From NCBI GenBank assembly GCA_016790165.1, contig JAEUPL010000017.1:18983-82982 (forward strand): a DNA stretch of 64,000 nucleotides. The letters run 5' to 3'. This stretch comes from Burkholderiales bacterium (lineage in GTDB: Bacteria; Pseudomonadota; Gammaproteobacteria; Burkholderiales; Casimicrobiaceae). The stretch's first letter is position 1. Each line of letters opens with the position of its first letter. The translations under genes were made by a program, and so were the position numbers. Below the pieces are notes generated by a model. That model ran no database searches, was not told the DNA's origin, and saw only the letters and a program-made list of their open reading frames with translations. Of this stretch, positions 10,557-21,307 are shown piece by piece.

Positions 10557-11834
10557 CTACTGCGTCGGCATCGGCAAATCGACGTTTCGCGGACGCGCGG
10601 TCGCACTGGGCGCCACGGCCCGCACGCGCTGTCCCGCGCGAATTCGATCATCGATCACCACGCCCTCGCCCGCGGCGAGCCCCTCAATCACTTCGGCGCG
10701 CTGCAGCGAACGGATGCCCACGCGCACCGTCTGCGCATGCGCCACGCCGTCGCGCACCACCAGCACCTGCTTGCTGCCGCTCGCCGAGGCGTCATCGCGC
10801 AGCGCAATCGCCGGGATCGACAAGGCGTTGGCCTTTTGCGCCACGATCACCTCGGCAGAAACCGTCATGTCGTCGCGCAGAATGGCCGGTGGTTTGGCGA
10901 CACGGAAACGCGCCTCCACCGTGCCGCGCTGCACATCGACTGATGGCGCCAGATAAATGAGTTCGGCATCAAAACGCGTGTCCGGGAAAGCGTCGGCCGA
11001 GGCCGTGGCGTGCATGCCCTCGCGCAGCAGCGAAAGGTTCTTCTCATCAATCTGTGCGATCAGGCGCGTCTCACCGGTCATCGCCAGCGTCAGCAGCTTG
11101 CGCCCCGGTTGCGCCACGTCGCCCACCTCCACCGTGCGCGCGATCACGCGACCATCCGCTGGCGCGACAATCGTGGTTTGTTCCAGTCGCGCGCGGATCA
11201 CCGCCAGCGCAGCGCCGGCTTCCTGCACCCGCGCCTGCGCGGTCTGCGCTTCGGCGCCGCCCTTGTTGTTGGCGCTGGCCTGTGCGTTGGCCTGCTCATG
11301 CGCGGCGCGCGCCGTGGCGAGCGCACGTTCGGCATCCTGCAGCCGTGCGTCGCCGACAAAGCCCTGCTGATGCAAGCTGCGCGTGCGATCCAGTTCGCGT
11401 TGCGCGAAATCAAGATTGGCGCGACTCTGGGCCATCGCCTGCGACGCGACTGGTGCGGCCACGTCCCACTGCGACCGCAGCCGAGCCTGGGTAGTGGCGA
11501 GTGCCGCTTCCGCCTGCGCCCGCTGCGCACGCAGGTCGTCGTCGTCCATCGCGATCAGCAATTGTCCGGCCTTCACCCTGTCGCCCTCGCGCACGAACAC
11601 CTTTTCTACCCGCGCGGTCAGCGTGCTGGCAAGATCGGTTCGTGCCACGCTCGACACCCGCGATGAAAACACCAGCGTGTGTTGAATCGGCCCCGCCACG
11701 ACGGGCGTCACCTCGGCAGCCGTGCCTCGCCACCAGATAGCGAACGCGACGAGCACCGCCACACAAGAGGCAGCGATCAGCAACACCCAAGGGCGGGGCC
11801 GACGGCTTCCGGGCTGGTTCCTGGCGAGATTCAT
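10557..11834 (-). CDS. efflux transporter periplasmic adaptor subunit (HlyD/MacA family)
   Basis: N-terminal TM anchor, lipoyl/hairpin coiled-coil region rich in A/Q/R, beta-barrel C-terminus. Lies upstream of the FtsX permease and ATPase. Confidence 0.85.
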   Translation of the reverse strand: MNLARNQPGSRRPRPWVLLIAASCVAVLVAFAIWWRGTAAEVTPVVAGPIQHTLVFSSRVSSVARTDLASTLTARVEKVFVREGDRVKAGQLLIAMDDDDLRAQRAQAEAALATTQARLRSQWDVAAPVASQAMAQSRANLDFAQRELDRTRSLHQQGFVGDARLQDAERALATARAAHEQANAQASANNKGGAEAQTAQARVQEAGAALAVIRARLEQTTIVAPADGRVIARTVEVGDVAQPGRKLLTLAMTGETRLIAQIDEKNLSLLREGMHATASADAFPDTRFDAELIYLAPSVDVQRGTVEARFRVAKPPAILRDDMTVSAEVIVAQKANALSIPAIALRDDASASGSKQVLVVRDGVAHAQTVRVGIRSLQRAEVIEGLAAGEGVVIDDRIRAGQRVRAVAPSATARPRNVDLPMPTQ

Positions 11835-11858
11835 GGCGCAAAGCGTAACGCGATCGCG

Positions 11859-12149
11859 CTAGTCGGCACTTGATTTGGAACCAGTGCCGCCACCAAAAAG
11901 GGCGTCAAACGCGTCGGAAGCCTCTGTCTTGCTGATTTTGCCTACGCGGCGACCAGTAAAGGCCTCCTCAATCTTGTCCTCAAAGAAACTGTTGGGCGAC
12001 GGGGAGGCCATCAACTGCCGATGCAACTCGGAGGACACGCCCTTGTACTCGACCACGTCACCGTTGACGAATTCGATTTCGAGCAACCGCTCCCGCGCGT
12101 CATATCCCGCCGCGCGGAGTTTGCTGGACTTGAGAGGTTTGCGATCCAT
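11859..12149 (-). CDS. KTSC domain-containing protein
   Basis: ATG 12149 (track start 12194 is GTG). S.KLRAAGYD....LEIEF..G.VVEYKGV...HR.LMASPS.. matches the KTSC domain pattern. Confidence 0.7.
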   Translation of the reverse strand: MDRKPLKSSKLRAAGYDARERLLEIEFVNGDVVEYKGVSSELHRQLMASPSPNSFFEDKIEEAFTGRRVGKISKTEASDAFDALFGGGTGSKSSAD

Positions 12150-12384
12150 GCCGCGATTATCGTCCGGCGGGACCAAAATTGCTCGCGTCGTCACCCCCTC
12201 ACACGCAAGCGGGAGGCGCCTCGCTTCACGGGGCGGCGGAACGAAGAAATCCTCCCCAACGACCCCTGTAGCCCGTATGCTCGCATGCGGGACTCAAGTC
12301 GCCGGGTCAATTGTGAAGTCTGCTGGGAGATTCACGCGGGAACCCGACTGCGAGCATCCGACCCGCGCTACACTGCAATGCGGT

Positions 12385-12930
12385 TCATCGTGATTCGCGA
12401 AAGCCAATCTTGAGCAGTTCCGGCTCCGAACGAGCTTCTTCAAATTCGCGTAAGTCCCAACGCGCGCCCTTTTGGATGCCACCGTCTTTCCCAAACACCG
12501 GCATGACGCCAATTCTTCCTCCGACGTAAACCGCAGACACCGTGCTGCGTTCCGGCGTCGAGCCAACGATGGATGTTGCTAACGAAAGAACATACTGCTT
12601 ACCAGCTTCAACTGCAAACTCGTGATCTCCAACGGGAAATGACCATGGCGACTGGCCGATCGGAGGATCAACGGTCAGAGTGTGCTTGCCAGGTGCTAGC
12701 CGCAGATAAATGCCCTCATTCAAAGTGAGCGAACCAATCGATTGGCCATCAAGGCGAATGCTCACCGGCAACATCGTGGCTTCGAAATGATACGGACGCA
12801 CCATGTACACGGTCGACTCGCCCGAAACCGGAATTCGCGGTTGAAAGTTTCCTTTCGACAGGACGGATGCGCAACCCGCGAGAGCCAATGTAACTAGGGC
12901 AATTAGTGCGGTTCGCTTGTTTGTGCTCAT
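12385..12930 (-). CDS. lipoprotein, DUF2846-like
   Basis: ATG 12930. Lipobox LALAGC. TVYMVRP...........IRLDG..IG.L..N.Y..L.L.PG.HTL pattern. G+C visibly low: 64/120 counted at 12541-12660. Confidence 0.6.
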   Translation of the reverse strand: MSTNKRTALIALVTLALAGCASVLSKGNFQPRIPVSGESTVYMVRPYHFEATMLPVSIRLDGQSIGSLTLNEGIYLRLAPGKHTLTVDPPIGQSPWSFPVGDHEFAVEAGKQYVLSLATSIVGSTPERSTVSAVYVGGRIGVMPVFGKDGGIQKGARWDLREFEEARSEPELLKIGFRESR

Positions 12931-12964
12931 CGAAGTCACGAATTCACTAAACGATCCAAGTTTA

Positions 12965-13555
12965 TTACCGCCTCTCCCTCACCGCCTGCGCCACCGTAGC
13001 TGCATCCACGTATTCCAGCTCCGACCCAATCGGAATCCCCCGCGCAAGACGTGACACTTTCACGCCCTGCCCCTCGAGCAGCTCGGTGATGACGTGGGCG
13101 GTGACTTCGCCTTCGTTGGTGAAGTTGGTGGCGAGGATGACTTCCTTGACAGTGCCGTCGGTGGCGCGGTTGACGAGCTTTTCCAGATGAACCTGCGCCG
13201 GCCCGACACCGTCGAGTGGCGACAGCCGCCCCAGCAGCACGAAGTAAAGCCCGCTAAACGCGCCGCTCTGCTCCAGCGTGATCTGGTCGGCGGGCGTTTC
13301 AACGACGCAAAGCAGCGAGGCGTCGCGGCGCGACGAGGCACAGACGGCGCACACCGGCGTCTCGGAGAGCGTGTTGCAGCGCTCGCAGTGCCCGAGCTTG
13401 TCGAGTGCGCCTTCGAGCGCTTTCGCGAGCCCGAGCGCGGCATCGCGCTTGTGCTGCACCAGCTCAAAGGCAATGCGCTGCGCCGCGCGCGGCCCGATGC
13501 CGGGCAGTTGTTTCAGCGCGTCGATCAGGGCTTTGAAGGAAACGGGTGTGCTCAT
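12965..13555 (-). CDS. recR: recombination mediator RecR
   Basis: LPGIGP..AQR.AF helix-hairpin-helix, C4 zinc finger C..C....E...C..C, Toprim region VVE...D. Confidence 0.95.
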   Translation of the reverse strand: MSTPVSFKALIDALKQLPGIGPRAAQRIAFELVQHKRDAALGLAKALEGALDKLGHCERCNTLSETPVCAVCASSRRDASLLCVVETPADQITLEQSGAFSGLYFVLLGRLSPLDGVGPAQVHLEKLVNRATDGTVKEVILATNFTNEGEVTAHVITELLEGQGVKVSRLARGIPIGSELEYVDAATVAQAVRERR

Positions 13556-13571
13556 TCCGCCGCGCAGCGGC

Positions 13572-13898
13572 CTAGAACGGCAGTTTCATCCCTGGCGGCA
13601 GGCCCATGCCACCGGCCAGCGAGCCCATTTTTTCCTGCGAGGCCTGGTCAATCTTCTTCGCGGCGTCGTTGATTGCGGCCGTGATCAGGTCCTCAAGCAT
13701 CTCCTTGTCGTCCATGACGCCCGCGTCGATCTGGACGCGTTTGCAGTCGTGCTTGCCGGTCATGGTGACCTTGACCATGCCCGCGCCGGCCTGACCTTCG
13801 ACTTCCATGCGCTGGATTTCTTCCTGCGCTTTTTTTAGGTTTTCCTGCATGCGCTGGGCCTGTTGCATGAGGCCAGCCATTCCGCCTTTACCTAGCAT
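13572..13898 (-). CDS. ybaB: YbaB/EbfC family nucleoid-associated protein
   Basis: 108 aa, MQQAQ.MQE.LKKAQEE......EG.AG.GMVKVTM.G......I.ID. Located between dnaX and recR as in most bacteria. Confidence 0.92.
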   Translation of the reverse strand: MLGKGGMAGLMQQAQRMQENLKKAQEEIQRMEVEGQAGAGMVKVTMTGKHDCKRVQIDAGVMDDKEMLEDLITAAINDAAKKIDQASQEKMGSLAGGMGLPPGMKLPF

Positions 13899-14012
13899 TT
13901 GTTTTTACTCCGTAAAAAGGGCGAGAGACGAATGACGAACGACGAAATGAGCGCGCACACACGACATCGCGGCTCCGCTTTGCGTCATTCGGCCTTTGTC
14001 CTGCGCGATGAT

Positions 14013-15692
14013 TCAAGTAGGTTGAATGCTACCCGCACGAATCTTGCCGCCGCCCTCGTTGAGCAGCACCTGCACCGCCGGGTCGGCCAGGAACGCGGCT
14101 TCGGCGGCGGCCTGCTTTTCATCGCGGACACGGTTGTCGCGAACGGCGACCGATTCGCCGACGTTGTCGGTGAGTTCAATGTCAAGCTTGATCGCGCGTC
14201 CGAAGTATTCGCTCAGCGTCCCGGCGAGGCGCTCCTTCTGAGTTGCGAGCGGTCGTTTGTCCTGCGGCAGCGCAAGCTTGAAGAGCCCTTTGTCCCAGCT
14301 AGCCAGCACACTATGCCGCGCCAACTCGCGCGCCATCGCGGCGAGCGGCAGCAAGCTGACCAGTTTTAGCCAGTCGCCGTCGAAATCGCGTGAGGCGGGA
14401 CCGTCGCTGGCGACGGAAACCGGTGCCGTCGTTGCCGCGACGGCTACTTCACGCGCCGGGGCGTTGCCCGGTGCCGCGCGCACCGCTCCCTCGCGCCTGA
14501 CGGGGGCGGGTTCTGCAGCAGGGGACGGTGGCGACGGTGCGAAACCGGCTCGTCCGGCCTGCGATGCGACTGGCGGCGCGACCTCGCGTGGTGGTTCCGC
14601 CCCGTTCGACGGCGCAAACGCCAGCAAGCGCAGAAAGGTCATCATCAGCGCGGTCTGCTCGTCGGGCGCCAGGCGCAGATCGTCGCGACCGTGCAGAGCG
14701 ATCTGGTAGTAAAGCTGCACTTCCTCCGCGCTCAGGGCTTTGGCGAGGCGCTGGATGTGCGCCGCATCGGGATCGGCCGCATCAACACTGGCAGGCACCG
14801 GTTGCGCCAGGGCGATGCGCTGCAACGCGCGCGCGAGCTGAGCCAGCGCGTCGTCGGCCGAGAGGCCATGCTCAAAACAGCGCTCGACTTCGGCGTTCAA
14901 CGCCGCCGCATCGCTTGCGGAAACCGCGTCGAGCACCCGCCAGACGAAGTCGCGGTCGACATTACCGAGCATCTGTCGCACCTGCTGCTCGTCCACCTTG
15001 CCGTGACCGAAAGCGATGGCCTGGTCGGTGATCGACAGCGCGTCACGCATCGAGCCCTGCGCCGCCTCGCCTATCAGCCGCAGTGCCGGCGCATCAAACG
15101 GCACCTGCTCGGCAGTCAGCACCTTGTGCAGCTGCTCGGCCACGCGCTCCGGCGGGAACTGCTTCAACGCGAACTGCAGACAGCGCGACAGGACGGTCAC
15201 GGGAATCTTCTGTGGATCGGTTGTCGCGAGCACGAACTTCACGTGCTCGGGCGGCTCTTCCAGCGTCTTCAGCATCGAGTTGAAGGCGCTTTTGGACAGC
15301 ATGTGCACCTCGTCGATCAGGTACACCTTGTAGCGGCCGGCCGTCGGGGCGTAACGCGCGTTGTCGATAATTTCGCGCATGTTGTCGACGCCGGTGTTTG
15401 ACGCCGCGTCGAGCTCGATCAAGTCGGGAAAGCGCCCGGCGTCGATGTCCTGACAGGTCTGGCACACGCCGCAAGGCGCGGCGGTGACGCCCGTCTCACA
15501 GTTGAGCGTTTTGGCGAGGATGCGGGCGATGGTGGTCTTGCCCACACCGCGCGTGCCGGTCAGCAAATAAGCCTGATGCAGCCGCCCCGTGTCCAGCGCA
15601 TGCGAGAGCGCACGCACCACATGCTCCTGCCCCATCAGCTCGGAGAAATTGCGCGGGCGGTATTTGCGGGCTAAGGCGAGAGAGGCGGACAC
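14013..15692 (-). CDS. dnaX: DNA polymerase III subunit gamma/tau DnaX
   Basis: GTG start 15692. LARKYRPRNF..L.GQEHV, Walker A GTRGVGKTT, zinc module CGVCQTC, DEVHML, SRC sensor. Ala/Pro-rich linker and C-terminal tau-like region. Confidence 0.93.
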   Translation of the reverse strand: MSASLALARKYRPRNFSELMGQEHVVRALSHALDTGRLHQAYLLTGTRGVGKTTIARILAKTLNCETGVTAAPCGVCQTCQDIDAGRFPDLIELDAASNTGVDNMREIIDNARYAPTAGRYKVYLIDEVHMLSKSAFNSMLKTLEEPPEHVKFVLATTDPQKIPVTVLSRCLQFALKQFPPERVAEQLHKVLTAEQVPFDAPALRLIGEAAQGSMRDALSITDQAIAFGHGKVDEQQVRQMLGNVDRDFVWRVLDAVSASDAAALNAEVERCFEHGLSADDALAQLARALQRIALAQPVPASVDAADPDAAHIQRLAKALSAEEVQLYYQIALHGRDDLRLAPDEQTALMMTFLRLLAFAPSNGAEPPREVAPPVASQAGRAGFAPSPPSPAAEPAPVRREGAVRAAPGNAPAREVAVAATTAPVSVASDGPASRDFDGDWLKLVSLLPLAAMARELARHSVLASWDKGLFKLALPQDKRPLATQKERLAGTLSEYFGRAIKLDIELTDNVGESVAVRDNRVRDEKQAAAEAAFLADPAVQVLLNEGGGKIRAGSIQPT

Positions 15693-15775
15693 TGCGGGTG
15701 AACTCCAAACCGTCGTTGCACCGGTGCATCAACGAGCCAAGGTTCAGCGTCGTGAGACGGGATGAAGTGCAAGGC

Positions 15776-15836
15776 GAATTTTCGGCGGGTCGCGAGACAT
15801 ACCTGATGCGGTAGGCGAGCGTCCCGCCGAAAATTC
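15776..15836. promoter_or_regulatory. perfect 14-bp inverted repeat (GAATTTTCGGCGGG / CCCGCCGAAAATTC) separated by 33 nt, between ffs and dnaX
   Basis: Arms at 15776-15789 and 15823-15836 are exact reverse complements. No flanking U-tract on either strand. Confidence 0.5.
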
Positions 15837-15875
15837 AACGCGGCAATTCGCCCGTATCACGGCGCCGGAGAATGA

Positions 15876-15975
15876 GGTGGTGAGCCGTTCCCCCGGCACT
15901 GCTTGGCCTGCTGTGGCTGCTTCCTTCCGGACCTGACCAGATTCACAAGTTAGACATGCGGGGCGACCCACCACC
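15876..15975 (-). ncRNA. ffs: signal recognition particle RNA (small bacterial 4.5S type)
   Basis: The minus strand reads GGUGGUGGGUCGCCCCGCAUG...CUGGUCAGGUCCGGAAGGAAGCAGCCACAGCAGG...GUGCCGGGGGAACGGCUCACCACC. It has the universal domain IV motif GGUCAGGUCCGGAAGGAAGCAGCC, and the 5' GGUGGUG pairs with the 3' CACCACC. It lies upstream of dnaX. Ends are +/-5 nt. Confidence 0.88.
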
Positions 15976-15979
15976 GCTA

Positions 15980-15985
15980 ATTATA
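15980..15985 (-). promoter_or_regulatory. -10 box TATAAT for ffs
   Basis: The minus strand reads CACTATAATTAGC|GGTGGTG. The consensus TATAAT ends 4 nt before the predicted RNA 5' end. No clear -35 box. Confidence 0.55.
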
Positions 15986-16052
15986 GTGACTCGTATACTG
16001 CCTCTTCTTCCTTCGCGTCGGGTGTCACGCCGGACGAAACGAGTACTGCCAC

Positions 16053-17462
16053 GTGCCCATCCCCCGAATCCTGCTGAGCATCGTCTGTGCTGCCGCCCTG
16101 TTACTACTGCCGGTGGTATGGACGCAATGGCTGGAAACGCGTGGCGTCATGGAGTCGCCGCCGCCCGCGGCGTCGCGCGATGCCAGCCCCACGCTGCGTG
16201 TCGCCGTCATGGTGCACCCGACCGTCTACTACGAAGATCCCAACGGCGGCACCGCCGGCCTCGAATACGATCTCATCAGCGCCTTCGCACAGACGCGCCG
16301 CATGTCGCTGGCGGTGAAGCCCTTTGCCAGCATCGTCGCGGCGCGGCAGGCGCTGGCCGCAGGTGACGTGGACGTCGTGGCGATGGGCGTGACGGCGGAT
16401 GCCGTGGGTCCCGGTGAGATTGCAACGCGGGCCCGCTATCACGAGAGCGGCTGGGTGCTGCTGAATTCACCGCAGAAATTCACGCCACGTTCGCTCGCCG
16501 AGATCAAGCCAAAAGAAGTCACCGTCAGTGCACGGCTGTTTGCGCACCCGAAATTCACCGAGCTGCGCCGGCGCAATCCGGGCATTGCTTTCATCGAAGA
16601 CGCCCGCAACGACGACGAGTCACTGATTACGGCCGTTGGCGACGACGAGGTGCAGTACGCCTTGCTTGAGGACGACACCTTCGAGGCCAGTCGCCATTTT
16701 CACTACGATGCGCAACGCGCGTTTGTGGTGCAACCACCCTCACCCCGCGTGTGGCTGTTCGCGTCGCAGGCGCACGCGTTACGTGACGAAGCCAACGCGT
16801 TTCTCACGCGCATCACACGCGACGGCCAGATTACACGGGTGCTGGATCGGTATTTCGGCTTCCCGATGAAAGTCAAGGGCGGAGACATCGAGGTATTCAC
16901 GGAACGCGTGAACACCGTGCTGCCACGCTACCGCAATCTGTTCCAGCAAGCCCAGGAGAACTACGGCATTGAGTGGCGTCTGCTGGCAGCGGTGGCGTAC
17001 CAGGAGTCACACTGGCAGGTCGATGCGACCTCGGAGACCGGCGTGCGCGGCATCATGCAGATCACCGAAGACACCGCGAAGCGCTACAGCGTGGATCGGC
17101 TCGATCCACGTTCGTCCATTCTGGGTGGCGCGCGCTATTTGGCGGAGCTGAAGCGCGACGGCCTCGCCGCGCGGATCCAGGAGCCCGACAAAACCTGGCT
17201 CGCCCTCGCGGCGTACAACATCGGCCTGGGACACGTAGAAAACGCCCGCATCCTGACGCAACGGGCGAAGAAGAATCCCGACGCCTGGCCCGATGTGCGC
17301 CGTCATTTGCCATTGCTGATCAAGCCAGAAGTCGCAGCGCAGTTCAAACAGGGGCCCTGCCGCTGCGGCATGCCTGTGGAGTATGTCGAGTCAGTGCGCG
17401 CGTACTACGACGTGCTGCTGCGACTGGAAGCGCCCTACCAGCCGCGACTGCGGGCGCGTTGA
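16053..17462 (+). CDS. mltF: membrane-bound lytic murein transglycosylase F
   Basis: GTG start. Signal/anchor. N-terminal type-3 solute-binding-like domain followed by an SLT domain (AYQESHW, GIMQIT, AAYNIG). Confidence 0.85.
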   Translation: MPIPRILLSIVCAAALLLLPVVWTQWLETRGVMESPPPAASRDASPTLRVAVMVHPTVYYEDPNGGTAGLEYDLISAFAQTRRMSLAVKPFASIVAARQALAAGDVDVVAMGVTADAVGPGEIATRARYHESGWVLLNSPQKFTPRSLAEIKPKEVTVSARLFAHPKFTELRRRNPGIAFIEDARNDDESLITAVGDDEVQYALLEDDTFEASRHFHYDAQRAFVVQPPSPRVWLFASQAHALRDEANAFLTRITRDGQITRVLDRYFGFPMKVKGGDIEVFTERVNTVLPRYRNLFQQAQENYGIEWRLLAAVAYQESHWQVDATSETGVRGIMQITEDTAKRYSVDRLDPRSSILGGARYLAELKRDGLAARIQEPDKTWLALAAYNIGLGHVENARILTQRAKKNPDAWPDVRRHLPLLIKPEVAAQFKQGPCRCGMPVEYVESVRAYYDVLLRLEAPYQPRLRAR

Positions 17463-17484
17463 CCCCGTCGGTCAAACCCGGGGC

Positions 17485-18477
17485 CTACTGCCGCGGAATC
17501 CTCGCGCGTCCTATCACGCCAGACCAGCGGACAATATCGCGCTCCAGCGTCGCGGCGAGCTGCTCCGGCGTACTGCTTTCCGCGACCAGCGTCAGGTCAG
17601 CCAGCTTCTGTCTGACGTCAGGCAGCGCAAGGATGCGCACAAGCTCGCGGTTCAGGCGTGCAATGACGTCCTTCGACGTCTTGGCCGGGACGGCGAGCCC
17701 GTTCCAGGAGGCGGCGCTGAATTGGCCGAGCGCCCCTCCCGCTTCATGCGCAACGGGCACGTCGGGCAGCTGTGTCGCACGTTTGTCGCCAAGCAAAACG
17801 AGCGGACGCACGCTCCTGCCGTTGATCTGCGGCATCAGCGCGCCGAGGATATCGACCATTGCGTCGATACTTCCCCCGCGCAGCGCGGCAATCACCGGAG
17901 GGGTGCCGTTGAACGGAACCACCTGCACATCAATGCCGGCGACGTTCTTGAAGTATTCGGCTGCAAGGTTCTGCGTGGTGCCAACCTGCGGCGTGCCCAC
18001 GTTGAGCTTGCCGGGATTAGCCCGTGCGTAGGCCAGCATTTCAGCAAAGGTCTTGAAGCGCCCCCCCTTGCCATCGTCAGCAACGGCAATTGCCAGATCG
18101 AACGACGCCAGCTTGGAGACCGCGGCGAAGTCCTTGCGTGTGTCAAACGGGAGGGCTTTGAACAATGCAGCGCTCACGGCCGTACCGCTCGACACCAGCA
18201 ACAGGGTGTGGCCATCGGCCTCGGCCTTGGCGACCTGCTCGCCCGCGACGACGCCGCCGGCGCTGGGCTTGTTCTCGATGATCACCGGTTGCCCAAGCGC
18301 TTCGGACAACTTTTGGCCGACAGTGCGCGCCGTGATATCCGCCGCGCCACCAGGCGCATTGGGCACCACGATCTTGAGTGGCTTGCTGGGGAACGTTTGC
18401 GCGGCGGGCAGATTGGGCAGCGCCGCTATTGAGACTGTGGCGACGGCGGCGAGGCAATGGAGCACGAAACGATTCAT
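17485..18477 (-). CDS. Bug family tripartite tricarboxylate transporter substrate-binding protein (TctC-like)
   Basis: Signal peptide, FPSKP(L/I)KIVVP..PGG..D...R, Y.GT.P...AL.GG motifs typical of the Bug family. Confidence 0.88.
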   Translation of the reverse strand: MNRFVLHCLAAVATVSIAALPNLPAAQTFPSKPLKIVVPNAPGGAADITARTVGQKLSEALGQPVIIENKPSAGGVVAGEQVAKAEADGHTLLLVSSGTAVSAALFKALPFDTRKDFAAVSKLASFDLAIAVADDGKGGRFKTFAEMLAYARANPGKLNVGTPQVGTTQNLAAEYFKNVAGIDVQVVPFNGTPPVIAALRGGSIDAMVDILGALMPQINGRSVRPLVLLGDKRATQLPDVPVAHEAGGALGQFSAASWNGLAVPAKTSKDVIARLNRELVRILALPDVRQKLADLTLVAESSTPEQLAATLERDIVRWSGVIGRARIPRQ

Positions 18478-18564
18478 GCGTGCATTGTCGCCGAACCGCG
18501 ATCATGCAATCACGCCGAGTACCGGATGCGCGGCGCCGGTGCGGCGCCAGCGCCTAAGATTGCG

Positions 18565-20733
<2,169 letters not shown>

Positions 20734-21307
20734 ATGTTCTCGCCACGCGCAAAAAGTGAAGCGCGAACGGCGACCTAGCTTTCAGGACGAATGTTGATCA
20801 ACGACGAAAAACGCATCGACCAACAATCGGAACAAGACATTTGGGCGGCCTGGCGAACACGGCCCGCAAAGTCGGGGCGGTTCCGCATCGTGGCGCCGGG
20901 GTCTCGCCGGAGCAGCCGCTTTCGGGGCGATCCGGGAACACTGTGGGGCGAAGCACTAATCAGCGAACGAAATCGCTTTTTCAAGCGACAGCTGGCATTT
21001 TGGCATGTTGCGGTGCAAAAAGCCAGTGTCGGGCTGGTTATTTGTTGAGTGAATGCTCTTGCAGCAACCGACGACCAGGTTGATTCAACGACTCGCTGGC
21101 ACGGTCGGAGCTCGACGCCGAGGACACAGACAACGGTACTCTTGCACCGCGAGGGGCGCGACTGCTACGGCCAGAACACAGTGCCCCTCGTATCCGACCC
21201 AACGCGAGACAGTGACGGCGGCGCCCTGCAGTCAATTCGAGGCGATTGCACTGGGTTTCCTGAAATTCCAAAATATCCGACGTTCTACTTTACGTTGGCC
21301 CGCCTAG

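Noticed and set aside
14013-15692. Programmed -1 frameshift site for a gamma subunit in dnaX
   Set aside because: I found no A-AAA-AAG-type heptamer, nor any run of 6 or more A on the coding strand. There is no evidence from sequence alone.
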